Notes under the pieces: model-generated
The model's input: the letters and a program-made list of their open reading frames with translations, nothing else
What the model was told of the DNA's origin: nothing
Databases searched by the model: none
Part shown: positions 8,542 through 16,324 of the stretch, piece after piece
How positions within the stretch are numbered: position 1 is the first letter of the stretch
Layout: every line of letters begins with the position of its first letter
Program-made: the position numbers and the translations under genes
NCBI GenBank assembly: GCA_001817495.1
Contig: MHIL01000026.1
Location: 18,657 to 67,986, forward strand
Length of the DNA stretch: 49,330 nucleotides
DNA from: Candidatus Buchananbacteria bacterium RIFCSPHIGHO2_02_FULL_56_16
GTDB lineage: Bacteria > Patescibacteriota > Patescibacteriia > Buchananbacterales > UBA6539
Direction of reading: 5' to 3'

Positions 8542-8621
8542 ACGCGATTGACAGGGGAGGTAGTCATGGGGTAAGGTAGGCTATCAGGCGACAGCGGCTG
8601 GCGCAGGCCCCGGACCAAACC

Positions 8622-8692
8622 TCGGGGATCGTCTAAGGGCAGGACAGCGGGTTTTGGTCCCGTCAATCCAGGTTCGAATCCTGGTCCCCGAG
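8622..8692 (+). tRNA. tRNA-Gln (anticodon TTG)
   Basis: TCGGGGA/TCCCCGA acceptor, GCGGG-TTTTGGT-CCCGT anticodon arm, CCAGG-TTCGAAT-CCTGG T arm. 71 nt, folded by hand. Confidence 0.85.
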
Positions 8693-8741
8693 GTTTGCTC
8701 CGGAGCGTAGTCGACAAAACCTAAACCTTACTGAAAAAACG

Positions 8742-8918
8742 TTCACCCAATCATTCATCAAAGCTTCACTACTGGATATGCCCAGTAGTAGAACTTCGAT
8801 TGGGAAATTACGATCAGTTATCCTAAACCACTTTGTAGTGGGTTAAAAAAAGGTCGCGTTTACTCTCATAAAAGAGACATTCACCCAATAATTAATCGAA
8901 GTTTCACTACTGGGTATG
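8742..8918 (+). repeat. Start-codon-abutting structured element (SCE), copy B, with 39-nt direct repeat
   Basis: 8742-8780 and 8880-8918 are 34/39 identical and both end in TATG. 8781-8806 (CCCAGTAGTAGAACTTCGATTGGG) is complementary to both. The last ATG is the yidC start. Confidence 0.75.
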
Positions 8919-9641
8919 GAAATATTTATCGTGCTGTGGAACCAGTACCTCTACATCCCGCTCTACAATTTTCTCATCTGGCTCTACTCAAGTTATTCTT
9001 CTTACAACCTCGGCGTGGCGGTGATTATCCTCACCATCCTGCTGCGGCTGCTGCTGCTGCCGTTCACCATCCTGGTTGAGCGGGGCAAGATCATCGGCGA
9101 GGGACTCGAACAGGCGGTGCGAGAGATTCAGCGCGATTTTCAGAACGACCCGGTCAAGCAGCGACACTTCATCCGGCGGTACCTGAAACGCAACAAGGTC
9201 CGTCCCTGGGCCAAGGCGGTGGTTCTCGGCGTCCAGGGCCTCGTCCTGGTCCTCCTCTACCAGGTGTTCATCGGCGGGATCAACACCCAGGAAAAAATCC
9301 CCCTGCTGTACTCGTGGATGCCCCGGCCCGACTTTATCAACACTCAATTTTTTTGGTTCGACGTCGGCCAGCGCAATTATTTCCTGGCCGCCATCGTCGC
9401 CGGCTACGTTTTTGCCGAAATTCTCATCGGCCAGTGGGAGGAAAAGGTAAAACCGACCCGCCAGGAGGAGCTGTTCGCCCTGCTCTTCCCCGCCATGACG
9501 TTCCTCGTCCTGGCCTGGCTGCCCTCGGTGAAGTCGCTCTTTATTTTGACGTCGCTGCTTTTTTCGACTATAATATCTATGGTTACGGCACTGATTAAAA
9601 AAGGCCTCAAGAAACCGCAGAAACAGCCTAACGTTTCATAA
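8916..9641 (+). CDS. yidC: Membrane protein insertase YidC (short form)
   Basis: 241 aa multi-TM protein with the ..AVIILTILLRLLLLPFTI.. motif of the YidC/Oxa1 family. Confidence 0.75.
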   Translation: MEIFIVLWNQYLYIPLYNFLIWLYSSYSSYNLGVAVIILTILLRLLLLPFTILVERGKIIGEGLEQAVREIQRDFQNDPVKQRHFIRRYLKRNKVRPWAKAVVLGVQGLVLVLLYQVFIGGINTQEKIPLLYSWMPRPDFINTQFFWFDVGQRNYFLAAIVAGYVFAEILIGQWEEKVKPTRQEELFALLFPAMTFLVLAWLPSVKSLFILTSLLFSTIISMVTALIKKGLKKPQKQPNVS

Positions 9642-9655
9642 TTTCAATTCTGACT

Positions 9656-10231
9656 ATGGCCGAAGGCATCGACAAGTTAATGTACTCATTCGTCGTCGAC
9701 GACGTGCTGAAAGGATTTTTCATCCACGTGCCGCCGGGCTACGTCGCCTGCGTCTATGACCTGGGCCGGGGAGTGCTGAAAAAAATTTACAAGCCGGGGC
9801 TGCACTTGAAGATTCCGTTCTGGCAAAAGGCGACGCTGTTTAACACCCAGACGCTGGAGTACAACATCAGCAAAAAATTCGACGTCAACAAGCCGCAGCT
9901 GCTCGGCGACCAGCCGATTACCGCCTCAACTAAGGAAAGTAAAAAGATTGCCGTCGAAGGCACGATCCTCCTGCGCCTCGACGCCGAGCAGATTCCCGAA
10001 ATTTGGCAAAGCATCGGCGAGCAGTTCGTCGAAAAGATAATACGGCCGACCATCCAGAGCCGCATCCGGCTGATTGCCGCCAAGTACACCTTCGACGAAA
10101 TCAACGCCAACCGACGTGACGAGGTCGAAATTGACGCCCGTAAAGAGCTGGAACGAATTTTGTACCCGCGGGGTATCTTTGTCGAAAACGTCCTGTTGAG
10201 CGAAATCAATTTGACCCACGCCGAAAAATAG
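9656..10231 (+). CDS. SPFH/band-7 (prohibitin/HflC-like) domain protein
   Basis: ..PPGYVACVYDLGRGVLKKIYKPGLHLKIPFWQKATLFNTQTLEY.. and the following helical region match SPFH-domain proteins. Confidence 0.7.
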   Translation: MAEGIDKLMYSFVVDDVLKGFFIHVPPGYVACVYDLGRGVLKKIYKPGLHLKIPFWQKATLFNTQTLEYNISKKFDVNKPQLLGDQPITASTKESKKIAVEGTILLRLDAEQIPEIWQSIGEQFVEKIIRPTIQSRIRLIAAKYTFDEINANRRDEVEIDARKELERILYPRGIFVENVLLSEINLTHAEK

Positions 10232-10239
10232 TTTGCGAG

Positions 10240-10276
10240 AAACTGTCCTGCGCTTTTTGGGACGGTTTTTTGTTTT
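10240..10276 (+). terminator. Intrinsic terminator after the SPFH gene
   Basis: 9 bp stem AAACTGTCC/GGACGGTTT followed by a T run. Confidence 0.6.
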
Positions 10277-10306
10277 GAACTGCAGTCCGATACCTAAGGC
10301 GGACAA

Positions 10307-10336
10307 TTGACCGGACGGCGGCTGTTGTAGTAGAAT
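10307..10336 (+). promoter_or_regulatory. Sigma70-like promoter of ugd (TTGACC-18-TAGAAT)
   Basis: Hexamers at 10307-10312 and 10331-10336. ATG lies 20 nt downstream. Confidence 0.5.
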
Positions 10337-10356
10337 AAAAACCTAACCACACCACT

Positions 10357-11661
10357 ATGAAGGTAGCAATCATCGGCACCGGCTACGTCGGACTAACCAC
10401 GGGAGTATGCCTGGCTGACCTCGGTCACCAGGTTGTTTGCGTTGATAACGACCCGGCTAAGCTGGCCCTGCTGCAGCAGCACCGCGCGCCGATCTTTGAG
10501 CCGGGTATCGAAGCCCTGATTGCCAAGAATGCCGAGGCCGGCCGGCTGACCTTTAGCGCGGAAATCGTGCCGGCGGTCCGGCAGTCGGACGTCATCTTCA
10601 TCTGCGTCAACACGCCGCCCAAGGCCGACGGCACTGCCGACCTCAAGTACGTCGAGCAGGTGGCCCGGGAAACGGCTAAGGCGCTCAACGGCGGCTACAA
10701 GGTGATCGTCGACAAGAGCACGGTGCCGGTGACAACCGCCGAGAAGGTGCGGGAAACAATCGAGCGCTACAAAACCGAGCACACCACCTTCGACGTGGTT
10801 TCAAATCCTGAATTTTTACGCGAGGGCAGCGCCCTGCACGACACCTTTGAGCCGGACCGAATCGTCATCGGCGCCGACAGCGAGCGAGGCAAGCGGGTGA
10901 TGCTCGAGCTCTACCGGCCGCTGATCGAAAAAATCCATGCGCCGGTGAAGATCGTTTCAGTCCGGAGCGCCGAGCTGATTAAGCATGGGGCGAACACCTT
11001 TCTGGCAGCCAAGATTTCCTTCGCCAATCTCATCGCCGAACTCTGCGAGCACTCCCAAGCCGACAGCCGCGAGGTGCTGGAAGCCATCGGCATTGACCCG
11101 CGGATTGGCCGGCAGTTTTTAAGCCCGGGCATCGGGTTTGGCGGCAGCTGCTTTCCCAAAGACATCGCCGCCTTTAAAAAAACGCTGGAAACCGCCGGCA
11201 TCGATCCGGCGTTCGTCCGGGCGATCGAGCAAATCAACGACCGGGCCTGGCGGCGGTTTGTCAGCCGCCTCGAGCAAGAGCTCTGGGTGATCGACGGCAA
11301 AACCATCGGCGTGCTGGGACTGTCGTTTAAGCCCAATACCGACGACATCCGTAACGCGCCGGCGTTAAAGATTATTGAAAAGCTCAAAGCCGACGGCGCC
11401 CGCCTCAAGGTCTACGACCCGCAGGCGATGGGTAAAGTCAAACAGCTGTTTACCGACGTCGAGTACTGCCATGACCCCTACCAGGTCGCCAAAGGCAGCC
11501 AGGCGCTCGTCCTCTGCACCGAGTGGGAGGAGTTTAAGACCCTCGACTTCAAGAAGATTAAAGCCCAGATGGCGACCCCGCTGATCTTTGACGGCCGCAA
11601 CGCGTTAAACCCGGCCGAGCTCACGGCGCTGGGCTTCAGGTACGTCGGGGTTGGACGGTAA
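10357..11661 (+). CDS. ugd: UDP-glucose 6-dehydrogenase
   Basis: N-terminal Rossmann motif MKVAIIGTGYVGLTTG and catalytic GFGGSCFPKD motif. 434 aa. Confidence 0.9.
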   Translation: MKVAIIGTGYVGLTTGVCLADLGHQVVCVDNDPAKLALLQQHRAPIFEPGIEALIAKNAEAGRLTFSAEIVPAVRQSDVIFICVNTPPKADGTADLKYVEQVARETAKALNGGYKVIVDKSTVPVTTAEKVRETIERYKTEHTTFDVVSNPEFLREGSALHDTFEPDRIVIGADSERGKRVMLELYRPLIEKIHAPVKIVSVRSAELIKHGANTFLAAKISFANLIAELCEHSQADSREVLEAIGIDPRIGRQFLSPGIGFGGSCFPKDIAAFKKTLETAGIDPAFVRAIEQINDRAWRRFVSRLEQELWVIDGKTIGVLGLSFKPNTDDIRNAPALKIIEKLKADGARLKVYDPQAMGKVKQLFTDVEYCHDPYQVAKGSQALVLCTEWEEFKTLDFKKIKAQMATPLIFDGRNALNPAELTALGFRYVGVGR

Positions 11662-11813
11662 AAAATCAAAAATTAAAAATCAAAATGCAAAATTTAGGTG
11701 TCCCCACCTTTCTGCATCATCTAAGAGATACCGGAAGGCGGGGACAGTTTATTTAAAAATCCCGCATCAGCGGGATACCTTAGCTTTTATTTTTGGTTTT
11801 TGATTTTTGATTT
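11662..11813. repeat. A/T-run periodic hairpin repeat (family F4, copy 1) with two inner hairpins
   Basis: AAAAATCAAAAATTAAAAATCAAAATGCAAAAT pairs with TTTTGGTTTTTGATTTTTGATTT, and the two mismatches are U.G on the + strand. Inner stems at 11700-11745 and 11758-11777. Confidence 0.65.
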
Positions 11814-11841
11814 CCTCTTATTGGGCTCTGGCCCTTTTTTT

Positions 11842-11850
11842 TGCTATACT
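11842..11850 (+). promoter_or_regulatory. Extended -10 (TGcTATACT) 6 nt upstream of ATG 11857 (leaderless-type)
   Basis: TATACT at 11845-11850, ATG at 11857. Confidence 0.5.
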
Positions 11851-11856
11851 ATCCAC

Positions 11857-12999
11857 ATGTACCAAAAGCTACTAGCGCTCTCAACGTTCTGCGGGACGAT
11901 CATCGGTGTCGGGCTGTTCGGCCTGCCGTACGTGACGGCGAAGGTCGGTTTCCTGCCGATGATTTTTTATTTTCTGGTCCTCGGGGCGGTGATGACCCTG
12001 ATCCACCTGATCTACGGCGAGATCGTCCTGCGCACCCCCGGCAAGCATCGCTTGCCCGGCTACAACCGCCTCTACCTCAAGTCGCCGCTGCTCGAAGCGC
12101 TCTCGTACCTCTCGACGATCGTCGGCCTGACCGGCGCGCTCCTGGCCTACCTGGTGGTCGGCGGTGAGTTTCTGACCAACCTGCTCCAGCCGTACCTCGG
12201 CGGATCCCCCCTGCTCTACTCGAGCGTTTTTTTTAGCCTGGGGTTTCTCATGATCTACTTTGGCTCCGGCCCGGTGAGTAAAACGGAGTTCTTCAGCCTG
12301 GGGATATTTTTTTTCGTCCAGGCCGTGCTGCTGGCCAAAGCGCTGCCGTACCTCGAACCTAACCACTTCACCACCGCCCAGCTGAACCCGAGCAACTTCT
12401 TTCTGCCCTACGGCGTGATTCTCTTCTCGCTGGCCGGCACCTCGGTGATCCCGGAGATGCGAGAAATTTTGAAGGGCCGGGAGCGTTCGCTGAAAAATAT
12501 GATCATCGTCGGCTCGATCATCCCGATCATCAGCTACCTGATTTTTATCGTTACCGTCTACGGCGTTACCGGCAGCGCCACCACACCCGAAGCGCTGGCC
12601 GGGCTCAACGCGGCGCTGGGTAACGGCGGCCTGCGGCTGGGTTTCGTCTTTGGCATCCTCACTACCTTCACCTCATTTCTAACCCTCGGCATCACCCTCA
12701 AGAAAGAATTCCAGTACGACCGCAAGCTGCCGGCGCTGCTCTCGGCGGTCTTGGCCTGCCTGCCGGCCTACCTGCTCTACCTCGCGGGGCTCAAGGATTT
12801 CATCGGCATCATCGGCTTTGTCGGCGCCGGTGCCCTGGGCATTGACCTCGTCGTCATCATGGCGATCTACCTCAAGGCCAAAACCAGTCGCCGGACGCCG
12901 GCCTACTCGTTGCGGCTGCCCGGTTATTTACTGGCGCTGCTGATCATCCTTTTTCTCGCCGGCGTCGGCCTTGAACTCACCCACGTGTTTACCCCGTAG
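11857..12999 (+). CDS. Amino acid permease (Trp/Tyr-permease-like transporter family)
   Basis: About 11 hydrophobic segments, N-terminal ..FCGTIIGVGLFGLPYV.. motif. Start moved to ATG 11857, which lies just after the -10 box. Confidence 0.6.
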   Translation: MYQKLLALSTFCGTIIGVGLFGLPYVTAKVGFLPMIFYFLVLGAVMTLIHLIYGEIVLRTPGKHRLPGYNRLYLKSPLLEALSYLSTIVGLTGALLAYLVVGGEFLTNLLQPYLGGSPLLYSSVFFSLGFLMIYFGSGPVSKTEFFSLGIFFFVQAVLLAKALPYLEPNHFTTAQLNPSNFFLPYGVILFSLAGTSVIPEMREILKGRERSLKNMIIVGSIIPIISYLIFIVTVYGVTGSATTPEALAGLNAALGNGGLRLGFVFGILTTFTSFLTLGITLKKEFQYDRKLPALLSAVLACLPAYLLYLAGLKDFIGIIGFVGAGALGIDLVVIMAIYLKAKTSRRTPAYSLRLPGYLLALLIILFLAGVGLELTHVFTP

Positions 13000-13027
13000 T
13001 TGACCCGGCCGCTCACGAACGGCTGGG

Positions 13028-13056
13028 TTGACGGTAGCCAGCCGCTGTAGTACACT
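13028..13056 (+). promoter_or_regulatory. Sigma70-like promoter (TTGACG-17-TACACT) for the small ORF at 13104
   Basis: Hexamers at 13028-13033 and 13051-13056. Confidence 0.5.
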
Positions 13057-13103
13057 AGCAACAAATGTGCGACGTTCATTACACCCAGAGGAGGAAAAAA
13101 CTC

Positions 13104-13190
13104 ATGGCCGAAATCATCATCATCACCATGTTCGGCGCGGTGGCGCTCGCCGTCGCCATCTTCGCCTTGGCAGGTCTGAAGCGACCATAG
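13104..13190 (+). CDS. 28-aa hydrophobic peptide (MAEIIIITMFGAVALAVAIFALAGLKRP)
   Basis: Strong SD GAGGAGGA 8 nt upstream, its own promoter and an intrinsic terminator downstream. Not in the ORF track because it is shorter than 60 aa. Confidence 0.55.
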   Translation: MAEIIIITMFGAVALAVAIFALAGLKRP

Positions 13191-13234
13191 TTTAACTCTT
13201 TAACTAAGTCACCCGTAACAAGGCCCGGTGAATA

Positions 13235-13267
13235 CCACGGAAGGAAAACCGTGGTTTTTTCTTTTTT
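13235..13267 (+). terminator. Intrinsic terminator
   Basis: CCACGG-aaggaaaa-CCGTGG followed by TTTTTTCTTTTTT. Confidence 0.7.
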
Positions 13268-13317
13268 GGGTAAATTGAGGTACCATGAGATAACCCACCG
13301 ATACCAGTCTATGCATG

Positions 13318-13419
13318 GATGCGAGTGGCAAATCGCAAATTGCATATCGCTTATCGTGCTTTCGATTTGCCATTTGCGATTGGCGATTAACGAATTCGCA
13401 TCATTCGTATTACCCATTT
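13318..13419. repeat. Family F3 periodic hairpin repeat, copy 2, ending at the uvrD start
   Basis: 13331-13350 is identical to 26514-26533 (20/20). 13361-13377 is identical to 26544-26560 (17/17). Confidence 0.65.
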
Positions 13420-15453
13420 ATGAAACGCTACACGCTCAAAACAACCGAACCGGCCGACAAAGCCTCTTTTAAAATTGACTACCAGCGGGAGCTCAATGCC
13501 GAGCAGCTGGCCGTGGTTACCGGCGCCGAAGGGCCGTGCCTGGTGCTGGCCGGCGCCGGCTCGGGCAAAACAAGGACCCTGGTCTACCGGGTGGCGTACC
13601 TGCTCGAACGCGGGGTCAAACCAAACCGGATTTTGCTCGTTACGTTTACCAACAAAGCCGCCAAGGAGATGCTCAACCGGGTCGAGGCGCTGCTCAAAGC
13701 GCGGCCCACCGGGCTGTGGGGCGGCACCTTTCACCACATCGGCAACCGTCTGCTGCGCAGCTACGGCAAAAAGATCGGCATCAAGCCGAACTTCACCATC
13801 CTCGACCAGGAAGACGCCCGGAGCCTGACCAAGGCCTGCGTCGCCGAGCTCAACCTCGACCAGAGCCGCTACTTTCCCAAGGCCGACGTGGTTCACAAAA
13901 TCATCAGCTTGAGCACCAACATCGGCAAGCCGGTGGGAACGGTCGTGGCTGAACGGTTTTCTTACCTCGAACCCCAGGACATTGAAAAGATTGAAACCAT
14001 TGCCGCGGCCTACCGCGAAAAGAAGCGGCAAGCCAACGCCCTGGACTTTGACGACCTGCTCGCCCTCTGGGACAAGCTCCTGACCACCGACGCCACGACC
14101 CGTACCAAGCTCCAGGCCCAGTTCTCCTACATCCTGGTTGACGAGTACCAGGACACCAACTACCTCCAGAACCGGATCATCAGCCACCTGGCGGGCGGGC
14201 GGCGAAACGTCCTGGTGGTCGGCGACGACTCGCAGAGCATCTACTCGTTTCGCGGCGCCGACGTGAGTAACATCCTGGCGTTTCCCAAAGTTTTCCCCGA
14301 TTGCCAGACCCAGAAGCTCGAAACGAACTACCGCTCGACGCCGGAAATCTTGAACCTCGCCAACCAGTCAATCCGCCATAACCGCCACCAGTTTGAAAAG
14401 ACGCTCAAAACCACCAAGCCGGCCGGCTCGCTGCCCAATGTCGTGCCGCTCGTGGACGCCTACCAGCAGGCCGAGTTCGTCTGCCAGCGGATCATTGAGC
14501 TCCAGCAGGACCGCGACGTGAGCTTAAACGATGTCGCCGTCCTGGTCCGGGCCCATTTTCAGTCGCTGGAGCTTGAGCTCGAGTTGAACAAGCGCAACAT
14601 CCCTTACGAGATGCGCGGCGGCTTACGGTTTTTTGAGCAGGCCCACATTAAAGACATCGTCAGCCACCTGAAGCTGCTCCACAACCCCCACGACGAGCTC
14701 TCGTGGCTGCGGCTGCTGCGGCTGCAGAGCGGCATCGGCACAGTAACCGCCGGGCGAATCTGGCAGGCCGTGCGCGACTTATCAACGCTGACCGCGATGG
14801 TCCGATCCGACGCCGCGGCAAAAGTTGGCCGAAACGGCTGGCGCGAAGTCACCACCTTGCTGACCAAGCTCGCCGACATTGGGACGGCTAACGTTTCAGC
14901 CTTGATCCAGCAGGTACTGAACTCGGGCTACCACAGCTACGTCGTGGCCAACTTCGAGAACGCAGCCGACCGGCTCGATGACCTGAAGCAGCTGGTTGAC
15001 TTTGCCGCGGGCTACACCGCCCTGGAAACGTTTCTGGCCGACGTCGCCCTGTCCGAGGGTTTTCGCTGCGAGAGCGTCGCCGGCTACCAGGAGGGCGCTG
15101 ACGAGGCAGTGACAGTCTCAACCATCCACCAGGCCAAGGGCCTCGAGTGGCGGGTGGTGTTCATCATCGGCCTGGTCGACGGCCAGTTCCCGCACGCCAA
15201 GGTGTTCGAAAAACCCGCCGAGCTCGAAGAGGAACGGCGGCTGTTCTACGTCGCCGCCACCCGCGCCCAACGCGAGCTCTACCTGACCTACCCGATGGCC
15301 GCGACCCACAGCGGCACCTTGAACCAGACCTCGCAGTTTATCAAAGAGCTGCCCGAAACACTCTACGAAAAGTGGTCAGTCACTGGCCAAACCAACGACG
15401 ACCTGGACAAGCTCAACGATGGGGGAGTGAGCTACGAGCCGTTTGAGGATTAA
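13420..15453 (+). CDS. uvrD: ATP-dependent DNA helicase UvrD/PcrA
   Basis: Motif I AGAGSGKTRTLV, motif II VDEYQDTN, C-terminal ..TIHQAKGLEW... Start taken at ATG 13420 (MKRYTLK..); the track extension lies inside the F3 repeat. Confidence 0.9.
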   Translation: MKRYTLKTTEPADKASFKIDYQRELNAEQLAVVTGAEGPCLVLAGAGSGKTRTLVYRVAYLLERGVKPNRILLVTFTNKAAKEMLNRVEALLKARPTGLWGGTFHHIGNRLLRSYGKKIGIKPNFTILDQEDARSLTKACVAELNLDQSRYFPKADVVHKIISLSTNIGKPVGTVVAERFSYLEPQDIEKIETIAAAYREKKRQANALDFDDLLALWDKLLTTDATTRTKLQAQFSYILVDEYQDTNYLQNRIISHLAGGRRNVLVVGDDSQSIYSFRGADVSNILAFPKVFPDCQTQKLETNYRSTPEILNLANQSIRHNRHQFEKTLKTTKPAGSLPNVVPLVDAYQQAEFVCQRIIELQQDRDVSLNDVAVLVRAHFQSLELELELNKRNIPYEMRGGLRFFEQAHIKDIVSHLKLLHNPHDELSWLRLLRLQSGIGTVTAGRIWQAVRDLSTLTAMVRSDAAAKVGRNGWREVTTLLTKLADIGTANVSALIQQVLNSGYHSYVVANFENAADRLDDLKQLVDFAAGYTALETFLADVALSEGFRCESVAGYQEGADEAVTVSTIHQAKGLEWRVVFIIGLVDGQFPHAKVFEKPAELEEERRLFYVAATRAQRELYLTYPMAATHSGTLNQTSQFIKELPETLYEKWSVTGQTNDDLDKLNDGGVSYEPFED

Positions 15454-15535
15454 CCTTCTTTGAATGTTAAAAATAAAAAAAAATAGAGCGCCGGGGATAA
15501 TGTCCTCACAGCGCTCACCATGATCCTGATGGTAA

Positions 15536-15784
15536 TTAACGAAGAGCCATGCGAAGAATTAAGGAGCCAATGACCAAGGCGCCGAATGCCAGCGTGCGGC
15601 GGAAGGTACGCCTCCTGGCCGCGAGTTCCGTTCTGCCTGGCCGGCCCAACTGCTGGCACTGATGGCACACTCCATCGCGATAATGGATACGGTACCATTC
15701 TGTTCCGCAATGGATGCAGGCCTCTTTCTCTTCCTCGCCCATCGCTACCATATTACGCCGAATCATGTCGGCAAGCTCACTCAC
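15536..15784 (-). CDS. Small zinc-ribbon protein with C-terminal TM helix
   Basis: GTG start preceded by AAGGAGGG (8 nt spacing). CxxC-X13-CxxC (CIHCG..CHQC) then LAFGALVIGSLIL. Confidence 0.55.
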   Translation of the reverse strand: MSELADMIRRNMVAMGEEEKEACIHCGTEWYRIHYRDGVCHQCQQLGRPGRTELAARRRTFRRTLAFGALVIGSLILRMALR

Positions 15785-15798
15785 GGTATAGACCCTCC

Positions 15799-15981
15799 TT
15801 ATTGGTCTTCGGCCGTCAGATCAGCGACCTCTGATTCATCAGGTCTGCTGTAGTAAATAGAGACTTTGCCGTCGTTGTCCACCTGCAGTATTCTACTGTC
15901 AGATAAATGAGCATAGCGTTTGCCCGGAGGCAGCACATAGGTGTGCCCCTCAAACTGAAACCGTACCGCAATATTTGGCAT
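15799..15981 (-). CDS. Small protein (60 aa), unknown function
   Basis: ATG 15981 preceded by GGAGGA (7 nt spacing). Its stop overlaps the SD of the downstream ORF. Confidence 0.5.
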   Translation of the reverse strand: MPNIAVRFQFEGHTYVLPPGKRYAHLSDSRILQVDNDGKVSIYYSRPDESEVADLTAEDQ

Positions 15982-16084
15982 TTTCCCTTCCTCCAATCTT
16001 TGATGCTGGCGCCCGTATCTTATACCAAAACAATACCAGAGTCAACTAAAGTTCTAAGTCCTAACTTCAAATTAATTAACGGGG

Positions 16085-16113
16085 TTGACAGCCCTTTTTT
16101 TTCTGGCTATACT
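16085..16113 (+). promoter_or_regulatory. Consensus-like sigma70 promoter of clpB (TTGACA-17-TATACT)
   Basis: TTGACA at 16085-16090 and TATACT at 16108-16113. Confidence 0.75.
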
Positions 16114-16116
16114 AAA

Positions 16117-16143
16117 TTGGCACTCTCTATTGTTGAGTGCTAA
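16117..16143 (+). promoter_or_regulatory. CIRCE operator (HrcA binding site)
   Basis: TTGGCACTC-N9-GAGTGCTAA versus consensus TTAGCACTC-N9-GAGTGCTAA (one mismatch). Sits immediately after the -10 box. Confidence 0.8.
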
Positions 16144-16166
16144 TAGTTAAACCAAGGGTAAGGGTA

Positions 16167-16215
16167 GCCGAGAGCCTCTGCTCTCGGCGGCAGCGATTGG
16201 AGCAGAGGCTCCAAT
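16167..16215 (+). promoter_or_regulatory. Structured clpB 5'-UTR segment with mutually exclusive pairings
   Basis: Hairpins at 16167-16188 and 16196-16215. The 12-mer 16172-16183 (GAGCCTCTGCTC) is perfectly complementary to 16200-16211. Confidence 0.5.
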
Positions 16216-16324
16216 CTACCCCGCTTGTTGTTTGTAGTTGACCCTAATTATATTAAAAAATGTCCCGACGGAATCGGGACTCAAAAATTTTGATTTTTGC
16301 ATTTTGATTTTTGATTTTATTTCT

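Noticed and set aside
16238-16324. N-terminal extensions given by the ORF track. Affected starts: clpB 16238, uvrD 13315, mnmA 19312, alaS 20680, rpsM 23333, msrA 28491, cyclophilin 29891, permease 11800, GT2 34782, ligase 35395, WecB-like 43827, PPIase 4936, RluB-like 34001.
   Set aside because: The extensions use TTG/GTG or upstream ATGs that lie inside repeats, terminators or promoters. Conserved protein N-termini begin at the internal ATGs used here.
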